DNA of 64,000 bases from Myxococcota bacterium (GTDB taxonomy: Bacteria; Myxococcota_A; SURF-8; G963663525): NCBI GenBank assembly GCA_963676915.2, contig CAXXVK010000006.1, positions 66,089 to 130,088 of the forward strand, written 5' to 3'. Made by a program: the position numbers and the translations under genes. Positions 48,986-57,879 of this stretch are shown here, one piece after another. Below the pieces are notes generated by a model that was not told the origin of the DNA, ran no database searches, and was given only the letters and a program-made list of their open reading frames with translations. Positions within the stretch are counted from its first letter, which is position 1. Each line of letters opens with the position of its first letter.

Positions 48986-49974
48986 ACGTTTTCGGTACCT
49001 TATTGAAAGTCTCCATCTACGGAGAAAGCCATGGTCCGGCGGTTGGAGTCATTCTGGACGGCTGTCCTGCCGGGATTCCTGTGTTGCCAGAAGATTTTAC
49101 AGAAGATATGGGGCGCCGACGCGGTGGTCAACCCGGGACGACTCCTCGTGTGGAAGAGGACGAACCGACGATCGTAAGCGGAGTTTTCAACGGATACACA
49201 ACCGGATCGCCGATTCATCTTATGTTGGAAAACCAAAACGTACGTTCCAAAGATTATCGACAAATCCAAGTCACGCCGCGTCCCGGCAGGGAAGACTTGA
49301 TAGCTTCTAAAAAATTCAATGGTTACGTAGATTTTCGTGGTGGAGGACATTTTTCGGGACGATTGACGGCGGGGCTTGTCGCCGCCGGAGTGATTGCAAA
49401 AAAACTGCTGGCACCGGTTTGGATTTCCGCGTATCTGAAAAACGAAGAAGCTGTTCGGGCGTTGGCCGTAAACGTTGAAAAAGAGGGAGATTCCATCGGG
49501 GGAATCGTTGAATGTGTCGTAACGGGTTGTGAGGTTGGTTGGGGTGAGCCGTTTTTCGATTCGGTTGAATCGCTGCTCGCTCATGCTGCATTTTCGATTC
49601 CGGGTGTCAAAGGCATCGAATTCGGTGACGGATTTCATGCTGCTGAGTTGAAAGGCAGCGAATACAACGATCCGATTCTGGATGTATCCGGGAGTACGGC
49701 CAGCAACCATGCAGGGGGGATTATCGGAGGATTGACCAACGGCAACGACGTGATTTTCAGGATTGCCCTGCGACCGACGGGAAGTATCTCCAAACCTCAA
49801 ATTACTGTCAATCTTGAGACAGGAGAACAACAAACCGTAACGTTTGGTGGTCGGCACGATGCCTGTTTCGCTCTGCGCGTGCCGGTGGTGCTTGAAGCGG
49901 TCGCGGCGTTGGTACTGGCCGATTTGAAATTGCGAAATGAAGGCATACATAAAGTTGGAAAACCGCACGATTAG
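48982..49974 (+). CDS. aroC: Chorismate synthase
   Basis: 'GESHGP', 'GGGHFSGRLT', 'SIPGVKGIEFG', 'NHAGGIIGG', 'GRHDAC'. Confidence 0.96.
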   Translation: MNVFGTLLKVSIYGESHGPAVGVILDGCPAGIPVLPEDFTEDMGRRRGGQPGTTPRVEEDEPTIVSGVFNGYTTGSPIHLMLENQNVRSKDYRQIQVTPRPGREDLIASKKFNGYVDFRGGGHFSGRLTAGLVAAGVIAKKLLAPVWISAYLKNEEAVRALAVNVEKEGDSIGGIVECVVTGCEVGWGEPFFDSVESLLAHAAFSIPGVKGIEFGDGFHAAELKGSEYNDPILDVSGSTASNHAGGIIGGLTNGNDVIFRIALRPTGSISKPQITVNLETGEQQTVTFGGRHDACFALRVPVVLEAVAALVLADLKLRNEGIHKVGKPHD

Positions 49975-50333
49975 TGCACTGCATCTACAGGGCGAATAAT
50001 GTAAAGATTCTCATTGCATGCGCATGAATTGCATGTGGTGATATGGTTTGAATCGCATCTATAAATGATATTCACGTCAGTTTGAAAGGGGGCGAAGGTT
50101 TTTGCGAAGGGAATGTAGGAAAATTTCAAACTTCCGTGCAGTTGATGATGTGTTCTTACTCTTTCCTAAACTATTCATGTCATGTTCGCTCCAATATCTT
50201 CGATTTTGCTGTAGGGATGATAAGAAAACCAACCATTATTCTTAAAATAGCCCTTGCACAAAAAATATCGATGAGTATGATGTGCCCCTCTTGGAAAAAA
50301 ACTGAGAAACCCTAACCTGAAATGGAGGAAGAC

Positions 50334-51026
50334 ATGGCAGGCAATGTAGTTGAAATGATTGACAATTGGGTGAAAATCGATACCGCGTTGGTGAGTGTCT
50401 CAGACAAGACCGGTCTCGATGTGCTGGCCAAGGGACTCGTCGAAGCCAATCCCGACGTATTGATCCTTTCCACAGGTGGAACCTACAAGAAGCTTCAGGA
50501 GATTCTTGGCGAGACTCTGGCAGCCAAAAACCTAATGCCGGTGTCCGATTACACAGGACAGCCGGAGACGCAGGGCGGCCTCGTCAAAACGCTCGATTTC
50601 AAAATCTACCTTGGTCTTTTGACGGAAACCTACAACGATTCCCATCAGCAGGATCTGGAACGTACCCAGGGTCGTCCGATCGATCTCGTGGCCGTCAACC
50701 TTTATCCGTTCAGTGAAACCGTGGCCAAAGATGACGTGACGGTGGAAAAAGCACGGGCGAACATCGACATCGGTGGTCCGACGATGGTTCGTGCTTCGGC
50801 GAAAAACTACCTTCGTGTGGCCAGTGTTGTGGACCCGTCGGATTATGCACCTCTCGTTTCCATGCTCAAGGAAAACGGTGCCAAGCTGAATCTTGAAAAA
50901 CGTTTCGAATTTGCCCGGAAGGCTTTTGCCCATACGGCAAGCTACGATACTGCGATTTCCACCTATCTGGCAGAGCAGACGTTCGAAAACGTCTCTGGAT
51001 GCTACAACGACGAAACCACACGCTAA
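50334..51026 (+). CDS. purH: IMP cyclohydrolase domain of PurH as a stand-alone protein
   Basis: 'ALVSVSDKTG', 'STGGT', 'VKTL', 'VNLYPF', 'IDIGGPTMVRASAKN', 'HTASYDTAI'. Confidence 0.88.
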   Translation: MAGNVVEMIDNWVKIDTALVSVSDKTGLDVLAKGLVEANPDVLILSTGGTYKKLQEILGETLAAKNLMPVSDYTGQPETQGGLVKTLDFKIYLGLLTETYNDSHQQDLERTQGRPIDLVAVNLYPFSETVAKDDVTVEKARANIDIGGPTMVRASAKNYLRVASVVDPSDYAPLVSMLKENGAKLNLEKRFEFARKAFAHTASYDTAISTYLAEQTFENVSGCYNDETTR

Positions 51027-51087
51027 GCAAGGTGGTCTCGACTGAAATTTATCTGTATTTTCAACCACTTTACTTATAGGAAAAATC

Positions 51088-52341
51088 ATGGCCGAAGATC
51101 TGAAAAAAGCTTACCGAACCATTATGGACGATCACTTTCCCTCTCGTATGGAAGTAAGTTTCATTTCCGACGAAGGCGAGCGGCAGATGCTCGCGTATGA
51201 AAAAATCAGTTGGGTGATTGATGACGTACGCAAGGGATTGCGTTATGGCGAAAATCCGGGGCAGGAAGCGGCGTTGTATCGCCTGACCAACGGAAACCTG
51301 ACGTTGGGTGATGTGAAAACCATCGAGCCGGGACGTTGGTTGGTCAGTGACGCGGAATTGCTGCAATTCGGAAAGCATCCTGGAAAAACCAATCTTACCG
51401 ATGCTGATAACGCCTTGAATATTCTGCGTTTTCTCACGAAAAAGCCCGCTGTTTCGATCATGAAGCACAACAATCCTTGTGGTGTGGCGCAGTCGGATAA
51501 CCTCTTGGACGCCTACATCAAAGCCGATCTGGCGGATCGCATCGCGGCGTTCGGTGGATGCATCGCTTGCAACCGACCGGTAGACCTGGAAACGGCCAAA
51601 GCCATTTCAGAGCGTTATGCCGAAGTGGTGGTAGCACCTGATTACGAAGAAGGAGCCGTCGAGGCATTGGCCAAGCGTAAAAATCTCCGGATCATGAAAA
51701 TCGACAACATGGCGCGCCTTCAGGAGTATCAGACCTCGCGTCAGCTCGACTTTAAATCTTTGATCGATGGCTCGTTGATCGCCCAGACCGGTTTTATTCC
51801 CCAGGCACGAACCAAAGAAGACCTCAAACTGGCCGAGACGGAATACAAGGGAAAAAGCTACAAAGTCGAACGCGAACCGACCGAAGCCGAATATGAAGAC
51901 ATGCTGTTCGGTTGGATGGTTGAAGCGGGTGTGACCTCTAACTCGGTATTGTACGTCAAAGACGGCGTGACCGTGGGAATTGGCACCGGCGAGCAGGATC
52001 GTGTGGGCGTGGCAGAAATCGCACGGGACAAAGCCTATCGTAAATTGATGGATCGCCTCTGCTTCGAGCGTCATGGCCTGCCTTTCAACGATTTGAAAGA
52101 AGCCGACAAACGCGGTGCGATCGAAGAGGAAGTCAAGGAATTGCGTGGTGGTCTGCCGGGTTCGACGATGGTTTCGGATGCGTTCTTCCCCTTCCGTGAC
52201 GGCATCGATGTGGGATTGACTCAAGGCGTCAAGGCCGTGATTCAACCGGGTGGATCGATGAACGATTACCAGTCCATCGAAGCCTGTAATGAAGTTGGAG
52301 CGACGATGACCTTCACCGGCCAGCGCAGTTTCAAACACTGA
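51088..52341 (+). CDS. purH: AICAR formyltransferase domain of PurH as a stand-alone protein
   Basis: 'LRYGENPGQ', 'KHNNPCGVA', 'AFGGCIA', 'SDAFFPFRDG', 'IQPGGS', 'RSFKH'. Confidence 0.9.
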   Translation: MAEDLKKAYRTIMDDHFPSRMEVSFISDEGERQMLAYEKISWVIDDVRKGLRYGENPGQEAALYRLTNGNLTLGDVKTIEPGRWLVSDAELLQFGKHPGKTNLTDADNALNILRFLTKKPAVSIMKHNNPCGVAQSDNLLDAYIKADLADRIAAFGGCIACNRPVDLETAKAISERYAEVVVAPDYEEGAVEALAKRKNLRIMKIDNMARLQEYQTSRQLDFKSLIDGSLIAQTGFIPQARTKEDLKLAETEYKGKSYKVEREPTEAEYEDMLFGWMVEAGVTSNSVLYVKDGVTVGIGTGEQDRVGVAEIARDKAYRKLMDRLCFERHGLPFNDLKEADKRGAIEEEVKELRGGLPGSTMVSDAFFPFRDGIDVGLTQGVKAVIQPGGSMNDYQSIEACNEVGATMTFTGQRSFKH

Positions 52342-52468
52342 TAAGAACAAGTGGCTTGGGGGCGACTTCGAGCATTCTTTGTCCTACATGCCAAGAAAAA
52401 TTGACAGTTGAAGGATGTGAATTTCAGGAAATTCAAGGAATACAAGGCGTTGTATGGCAATTTCTTGA

Positions 52469-52485
52469 TTGGCATGAATGATGCT
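52469..52485 (+). promoter_or_regulatory. Candidate sigma-54 (-24/-12) promoter
   Basis: TTGGCATGAATGATGCT with GG-N10-GC spacing, about 60 nt upstream of the CDS at 52545. Confidence 0.6.
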
Positions 52486-52544
52486 TTACATATGCCCAGT
52501 CTTGGGAAAAGTGACTGGGAATTACGTACAAGAAAGGGAAGAAG

Positions 52545-53486
52545 ATGAAAAAGAAAGTCGCCGTTTTGATGCTTGGGTGTTTGTTGCTGGCTCCTTCGTT
52601 GTATGCCGAGGAAATCACCTGTTCCGACGATTCCGGAAGTTGTGCGCTCAACGAAACGGAAGCAATTTGCAATTGCGCCGATGGAACGTCCATAGGAAGT
52701 GGTGCTTCCGTTTCGATGGAGCAAGTGGGTGTAGAAACGGATGTTACACAAGAAGCCTGTGAAGCCATGCTACTGACTGCATGTATGGGTCGAGCGGTCG
52801 AAGATGAATGCATCACCGAAAAAGGTGGCTGCGTTGTATTCTCGGATGGCACTTCCTATTGTATCTGCGCTGACGGTTCCGGGTTCGATGAAGAATATAG
52901 CGAGCCTGGATACGAAGGAGAAGATCCAGTGTATCCGACCGATCCCGACCCTGATACCGATGGCGGCAGTGAAATTGACGAGAAACTGTTCGATGGCGAG
53001 GGTGAGGCCGTATCCTGCGAGGATGTCTTGGCCGAAGAATGCCCCAACGACCCGCCGAATCCCGCCGAGGAATGCTCCAGCGAAGCTCTTGCCCTTTGCA
53101 ACTCCCTCGTGGACTGGTATGAAACTTGTTACGAAGAAACAATTTGGCCGTTCATGGTCGTTGAATGCTGTGACGAATATGAAGACAATTCCGAGGAAAT
53201 GACCACAGTGGCCGATTGCCTCGAAGGTAAAGGCTGCGATGAGGCCGAGGATTGCTTCCCCACGTACGATGCTGTAGATGAAGCGATGGGTGCCCTGTTT
53301 TCCGGTGACAGCAAAGATAGCGCGGCCGGAGACAGCCAAGGTACTTCCAACGAAGAAGGCGACGATGGCGAAGTATCGGAAGACGATTTGATCGATTGCT
53401 CGCAAGCTCCTGCAGGTTCGGCGCTGGTGCTGATCCTGATGCTGGGACTTGGCTTGACCTGGCGTCGCCGTTCGATGAACGTCTAA
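52545..53486 (+). CDS. Secreted Cys-rich acidic protein with a MYXO-CTERM-like C-terminal sorting signal
   Basis: Signal peptide 'MKKKVAVLMLGCLLLAPSLYA', a repeated C-x-C-A-D-G module, and C-terminal 'DCSQ...ALVLILMLGLGLTWRRR'. Confidence 0.75.
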   Translation: MKKKVAVLMLGCLLLAPSLYAEEITCSDDSGSCALNETEAICNCADGTSIGSGASVSMEQVGVETDVTQEACEAMLLTACMGRAVEDECITEKGGCVVFSDGTSYCICADGSGFDEEYSEPGYEGEDPVYPTDPDPDTDGGSEIDEKLFDGEGEAVSCEDVLAEECPNDPPNPAEECSSEALALCNSLVDWYETCYEETIWPFMVVECCDEYEDNSEEMTTVADCLEGKGCDEAEDCFPTYDAVDEAMGALFSGDSKDSAAGDSQGTSNEEGDDGEVSEDDLIDCSQAPAGSALVLILMLGLGLTWRRRSMNV

Positions 53487-53510
53487 TACCTAGACATTCT
53501 GGATGATTTC

Positions 53511-53540
53511 AGCCCTCCGCCTTGTGGCGGGGGGTTTTTT
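53511..53540 (+). terminator. Intrinsic terminator
   Basis: AGCCCTCCGCC-ttgt-GGCGGGGGGTT followed by a T run. Confidence 0.8.
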
Positions 53541-53580
53541 CGTTGGGTGAATGTATTGACGGCGCAAGTGTTTGGAATCT

Positions 53581-54258
53581 TTAGAAGTTTTCCAACAATC
53601 GGCCGATCAACAGGTTGGTTGTAACGGCAAGAGCATCGCCGGGGAAATGGGCTGGTGTAGAACGATTGAACAGCAGCCGGAAATCGGCTGGAAACTCATC
53701 ATCGGCAATCCAGAGACGGCATTCGATAGGACATTTTGCAAAAACCTGGAATCGTGCTCCGGCGTCGGCTCCCTCGATGGGAATTCCACCCAGGCTTTCA
53801 GCGATGGCGCGGAACGCTTCGGCATCCTCGGCAAAATGTTCGGCGACTTTGGCGGTGTCGAGAGTCAGATTGCCTTGAAACAGATCCATTCCAGGATAGA
53901 GATCTCGTGGTGTCGTCCACTCGTCTTCTAACTGTTCCGGTGTGGCGCAAACCATGGAAACCAGAAGCAAAAACGGTACATGACGATCCCATTCGACGGC
54001 TTTTGTCCCGCTGGTTTTCGTGATTTTTCTGGTTTGAGGATCAAGGCTCCAGTCCTCGTTCAGTACTTTGACGGTCCAGCATCCCGAATCATCGAGTTGT
54101 GCTCCGCAGGTTTCTGCAAAACGATCCGGTGGAGTTTCTTCTAAGCGCTTCCAAAATAGTTCCGTTGTTGAAGGCCAGACCGTTTCGGAGGACGAACCAG
54201 GAGCCGAGCGGAAATGCTCGCAGGGAAAGCACAAAGAAATCGGGATCGGATCGGACAT
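53581..54258 (-). CDS. DUF3786-like protein
   Basis: 'FRAIAESLGG', 'ADAGARFQVF', 'LWIADDEFPA...LLFN' are typical of DUF3786. Confidence 0.7.
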   Translation of the reverse strand: MSDPIPISLCFPCEHFRSAPGSSSETVWPSTTELFWKRLEETPPDRFAETCGAQLDDSGCWTVKVLNEDWSLDPQTRKITKTSGTKAVEWDRHVPFLLLVSMVCATPEQLEDEWTTPRDLYPGMDLFQGNLTLDTAKVAEHFAEDAEAFRAIAESLGGIPIEGADAGARFQVFAKCPIECRLWIADDEFPADFRLLFNRSTPAHFPGDALAVTTNLLIGRLLENF

Positions 54259-54267
54259 GACGAGTTT

Positions 54268-55572
54268 CTACTTTGGTAAATGTTCGGAAAGCCACTGATA
54301 ATCAGGGGTTAGTTGGCCTTTGTGGGCGATCATCGCCGCGAGGAATTCCTCGGGCATATCCTCGGCGCGGAAATGAGACGCCAGCAGCTTCGGGAGAAAT
54401 GGCGTCAAAGCATCGCCGAACGTACGGCTGGCGTCGCGGGATAATTCACACGGAAGATTATCTACCGACATCACGGCAAAACCGTCAGCGGATAGATCGT
54501 GTCCTGCAAAACCGATTTCCGGGTGGTATAGGAATACAGGTTCGTCGATGTTCGATGCTTGTACCGTGCAGGCCATCGAACCGTCGATGTCGCAGGAAAC
54601 GTCTCCTACGATTTCGAGGCGGTTGTTCCGCTGTCCGAGCATGGACTCGAAGTTTTCTTTCGTCAATAAGCGCGGATATTTCTCTTCCCAATAAATACCG
54701 TTGACTACAGCGGTCAGTTTCGAGGCGTAGTCTTCGAAAAACAGGCTTCTATAGTTTTCTGGGTGCTCGTAATAACCCTGTCGGGAAAACTCCATCGCCG
54801 GATCTTTGGTGGCATACAACTGTTCTTCTTCAAGAACCAGAAGATAGACGCAATCGGTGCGAGCGTTTTCCGGCTGGGATACGAGTTCGTTCAGTTTTTT
54901 CGTATCAATCCGTTCGTGCGGCAGTTTCTCGCAGATTTCCTGAGCGCCTTTCGAAACGGCACCGTTTCCGGTAAAACCGATAATCACCGGTGCAATGGAT
55001 GAAGGAAGGCCGTTGTTCTTGATGGAACGTCCCACTTCACCGACGACTTGCTTAAGTTCGTCGAGATCACGCACCGTGTTGGGTTGTTTCAGATCGACGA
55101 GCGGTGTTTCGATCCCCTTGGACTGCCAGCGCAATCCAAGTCCGCGAAGCGTTTCGACCGCCCCGACAACTCCGGCGTATCGTCCGAAGAAAATCAGTCG
55201 TTTCCCATTGTTATCGGTGACTTTTTCATAATCCAGCAGCGTTCCGCCTACATCGAGCAACCGTTTGAGCATGGGCATGTTGTACGGTTGCGCTTTGATA
55301 GTATGGGAAAAAAATAAGTAGTTTCCGTTTTTTGTAAAATATACCGGTGGAATTTCTTTCACACCCAACACGAGGTTGCTTTGATAAATATCCTCGGTGA
55401 CATCCGCCCCCGCGTCGCGGTAGTCGTCATCGGAAAAAATGCGCAAATCGCTGGGTTGAATTCGTACATTGATGTTTTGTCGTACCAGTTCACGCACATG
55501 ATCGGGGGTGAGAGGCACGCGTTTTTCCCAAATGTTTTTGTCTTCTCGCCGAATGCCAAGAGTTTGCGTCAT
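54268..55572 (-). CDS. Lysine-ketoglutarate reductase/saccharopine dehydrogenase-like protein (AlaDH/PNT fold)
   Basis: 'GIRREDKNIWEKRVPLTP', 'GVKEIP', 'FFSHTIKAQPYNM', 'DYEK', 'FFGRYAG', 'DVSCD', 'SVDNLPCEL'. Confidence 0.85.
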   Translation of the reverse strand: MTQTLGIRREDKNIWEKRVPLTPDHVRELVRQNINVRIQPSDLRIFSDDDYRDAGADVTEDIYQSNLVLGVKEIPPVYFTKNGNYLFFSHTIKAQPYNMPMLKRLLDVGGTLLDYEKVTDNNGKRLIFFGRYAGVVGAVETLRGLGLRWQSKGIETPLVDLKQPNTVRDLDELKQVVGEVGRSIKNNGLPSSIAPVIIGFTGNGAVSKGAQEICEKLPHERIDTKKLNELVSQPENARTDCVYLLVLEEEQLYATKDPAMEFSRQGYYEHPENYRSLFFEDYASKLTAVVNGIYWEEKYPRLLTKENFESMLGQRNNRLEIVGDVSCDIDGSMACTVQASNIDEPVFLYHPEIGFAGHDLSADGFAVMSVDNLPCELSRDASRTFGDALTPFLPKLLASHFRAEDMPEEFLAAMIAHKGQLTPDYQWLSEHLPK

Positions 55573-55622
55573 GGGATCGCTCCATGGAACAAAAGTTTTG
55601 GTTCAAAATGAGTTCTAACCGG

Positions 55623-56321
55623 CTATGGCTCGAAACGGTAACCGACGTTTCGAACCGTGATGAAATGCCGGGGGCGAGAGGGATTACTTTCAAACAAACG
55701 CCGCAAATGCAAGATAAAATTGTCTACGGTTCGTTCCGTTGGATTGACATCCATGCCCCAGACCTCTTCCAAAATATCGGCACGGCTCAGGGTTTTTCCA
55801 GCATTGCGAATGAAAAGCGATACCAAAGCCGTTTCTTTTTCCGAAAGAATGATGTTTCCATCCGAAGTGACGACTTCCCGCGTTTCCAGGTTGATGCGGT
55901 TCTGGCCGATGGCCAACAGAGCGGAGGAGGGCGGTTGGCGTTCGCCTTGGCTGCGGCGGATCAAGGCACGGACGCGAGCGATCAATTCTCGAATGTCGAA
56001 GGGTTTGATCAGGTAATCATCGGCTCCGGCTTCGAGGCTTTCCACCTTGGAAGATACGTCGCCTCGGGCGGTCAACATCAGGATCGGAGCACCAACCCCT
56101 TGATTTCGCAGAGAACGTGCCAAGTCGATACCATTCGCGTCAGGGAGCATAATGTCGAGCAGGATCAGGTCGAACAGTTCGTGTCGTGCGGACAGCAATG
56201 CCGGTTTGCCTTCACGATACCAGACGACCTCGAAGCCTTCTTGCGTCAGGTTCAACTTGACCATGGTACCGATCAATTCTTCGTCTTCGACCAGCAGGAT
56301 TTTGATTGCCGTATCCATCAT
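55623..56321 (-). CDS. OmpR family response regulator (orphan in this window)
   Basis: 'ILLVEDE', 'LDIMLP', 'GADDYLIKPF', 'RTVDNFILHLR', 'GYRF'. Confidence 0.95.
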   Translation of the reverse strand: MMDTAIKILLVEDEELIGTMVKLNLTQEGFEVVWYREGKPALLSARHELFDLILLDIMLPDANGIDLARSLRNQGVGAPILMLTARGDVSSKVESLEAGADDYLIKPFDIRELIARVRALIRRSQGERQPPSSALLAIGQNRINLETREVVTSDGNIILSEKETALVSLFIRNAGKTLSRADILEEVWGMDVNPTERTVDNFILHLRRLFESNPSRPRHFITVRNVGYRFEP

Positions 56322-56819
56322 TCGAATCTTTCGATAGTCCTTCCGATATTGTCTGCCCATCGCACCGGATCCGAGATTGCTTCAAAATGCAAAAAAAAGC
56401 AAAATCGAGAAACAAAAATAGTAAGAATCGTACAAAAGTACAAAGTGATTTTGTAAAATACAGACTTGGACTATAGACCCAATATACGCGATTGGCTTTA
56501 ATTGGAGGTTTGATCTATAGCTTCGGAAAGGATTGAAGTCACTGTTTGCAGCAATCGTTCAAGATTTTTATGCTACTTTTCGGTTTCCATCGTCTGCAGG
56601 TATCTGTCGTTATGAATCCCGTGACTGTTTCAGCAGTATCCAGGTCAAATTCTCCGATTGATAACCGAGTTTTTTTAATGGATCGATCCTCTATGAATCT
56701 CATGCCAATAGTTATCGGCGACTATCGCTCTGTTTTTATCCATTTTAGCTCATGGCATATAAGTGAGGCACAAAAAGTAAGTGGCGGTACTAAGCCTGTA
56801 AATAAAAGAAAAACGAGTA

Positions 56820-57839
56820 TTATTGCGAAGTTGAAGAATCTGATGATGTTGGAATGTGTGGAGTGGATACAAGACGGTTGGTAGAGGAGAATGTCAGTGC
56901 ATCTAGAACCGCCATGTTCGCGACTGCATCGGAAACAGGCCACCTGGCAGGCGTTTTCCCCATTACGGCATCGACGAAATTCTGGGCTTGTAGGTGATAG
57001 GCGTCCCCTCCAGGAGCAGAGATAAACCGATCCGCCATCCCATGGCGCTGAAGGGTGAATCCGGCTTGTTCGTTTCCGGGATGCCAGGGTTTGTCCAAAA
57101 CGATGGTCCCTGCTTCTCCATGAATTTCGGCCCAGTGCCGTTCAGCACTTTCCAGACTGGTGGAAAAGGTGGCAAGAACACCATCTGGAAACTCCATATT
57201 CCCACTCATGCTTTGGTCCACGCCCCTGATGACCGAGAACGCCGACACTTGCCGTGGCTCTTTGCCCGTAATAAGGCGGCAAAAGTTGACACAATAGCAA
57301 CCGACATCCATCAACGCCCCACCGCCCAGATCTGCGTCGGCCACGATCGAATCCGGCTCGTCGAGAAAAAACGAAAACTCACAGTGGATCGATTTAAGCC
57401 GTCCGATCTTTCCTTGCGCAATAAACTCACGGATATGATCGTAGACAGGGTGATGACGATACATGAACGCTTCAACAACGAGTCTGCCATTTTTGTTGGC
57501 GGCTTCTGCGATGTTTTGCGCTTCACGCGCATTCATCGCGATCGGTTTTTCGCACAAGACATCCAAACCGGCTGTCAGGGCACGAACCGTCCACTCTGCG
57601 TGCAGACTGTTGGGCAGGGGGATGTACATCAAATCCACTTCGCCGGAAGACAGCAAGCTCTCGTAGGAGGAATAAACCTTTGGAATGTTATAGCGTTTCG
57701 CCCAAGCTTCAGCTTTTTCACCAGTGCGACTGGCAATTGCATATAAGGTACTGTTCTGACAGCGGGTAATAGCCGGAATCATCGTTTCCGTGATCGATGC
57801 GGTTCCCAGTATTCCCCAGCGTAGAGGTTTGTGAGACAT
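56820..57839 (-). CDS. Gfo/Idh/MocA family oxidoreductase
   Basis: 'RWGILGTASI', 'LPNSLHAEW', 'LCEKP', 'EAFMYRHHP', 'GGGALMDVGCY'. Confidence 0.93.
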   Translation of the reverse strand: MSHKPLRWGILGTASITETMIPAITRCQNSTLYAIASRTGEKAEAWAKRYNIPKVYSSYESLLSSGEVDLMYIPLPNSLHAEWTVRALTAGLDVLCEKPIAMNAREAQNIAEAANKNGRLVVEAFMYRHHPVYDHIREFIAQGKIGRLKSIHCEFSFFLDEPDSIVADADLGGGALMDVGCYCVNFCRLITGKEPRQVSAFSVIRGVDQSMSGNMEFPDGVLATFSTSLESAERHWAEIHGEAGTIVLDKPWHPGNEQAGFTLQRHGMADRFISAPGGDAYHLQAQNFVDAVMGKTPARWPVSDAVANMAVLDALTFSSTNRLVSTPHIPTSSDSSTSQ

Positions 57840-57879
57840 CTCACTTCTCCGTGCATAGCAAATGGCAAATCACCTTCGC

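Noticed and set aside
49975-50333. Possible ZMP/ZTP riboswitch upstream of purH
   Set aside because: No recognisable consensus elements; the region looks like an AT-rich promoter.
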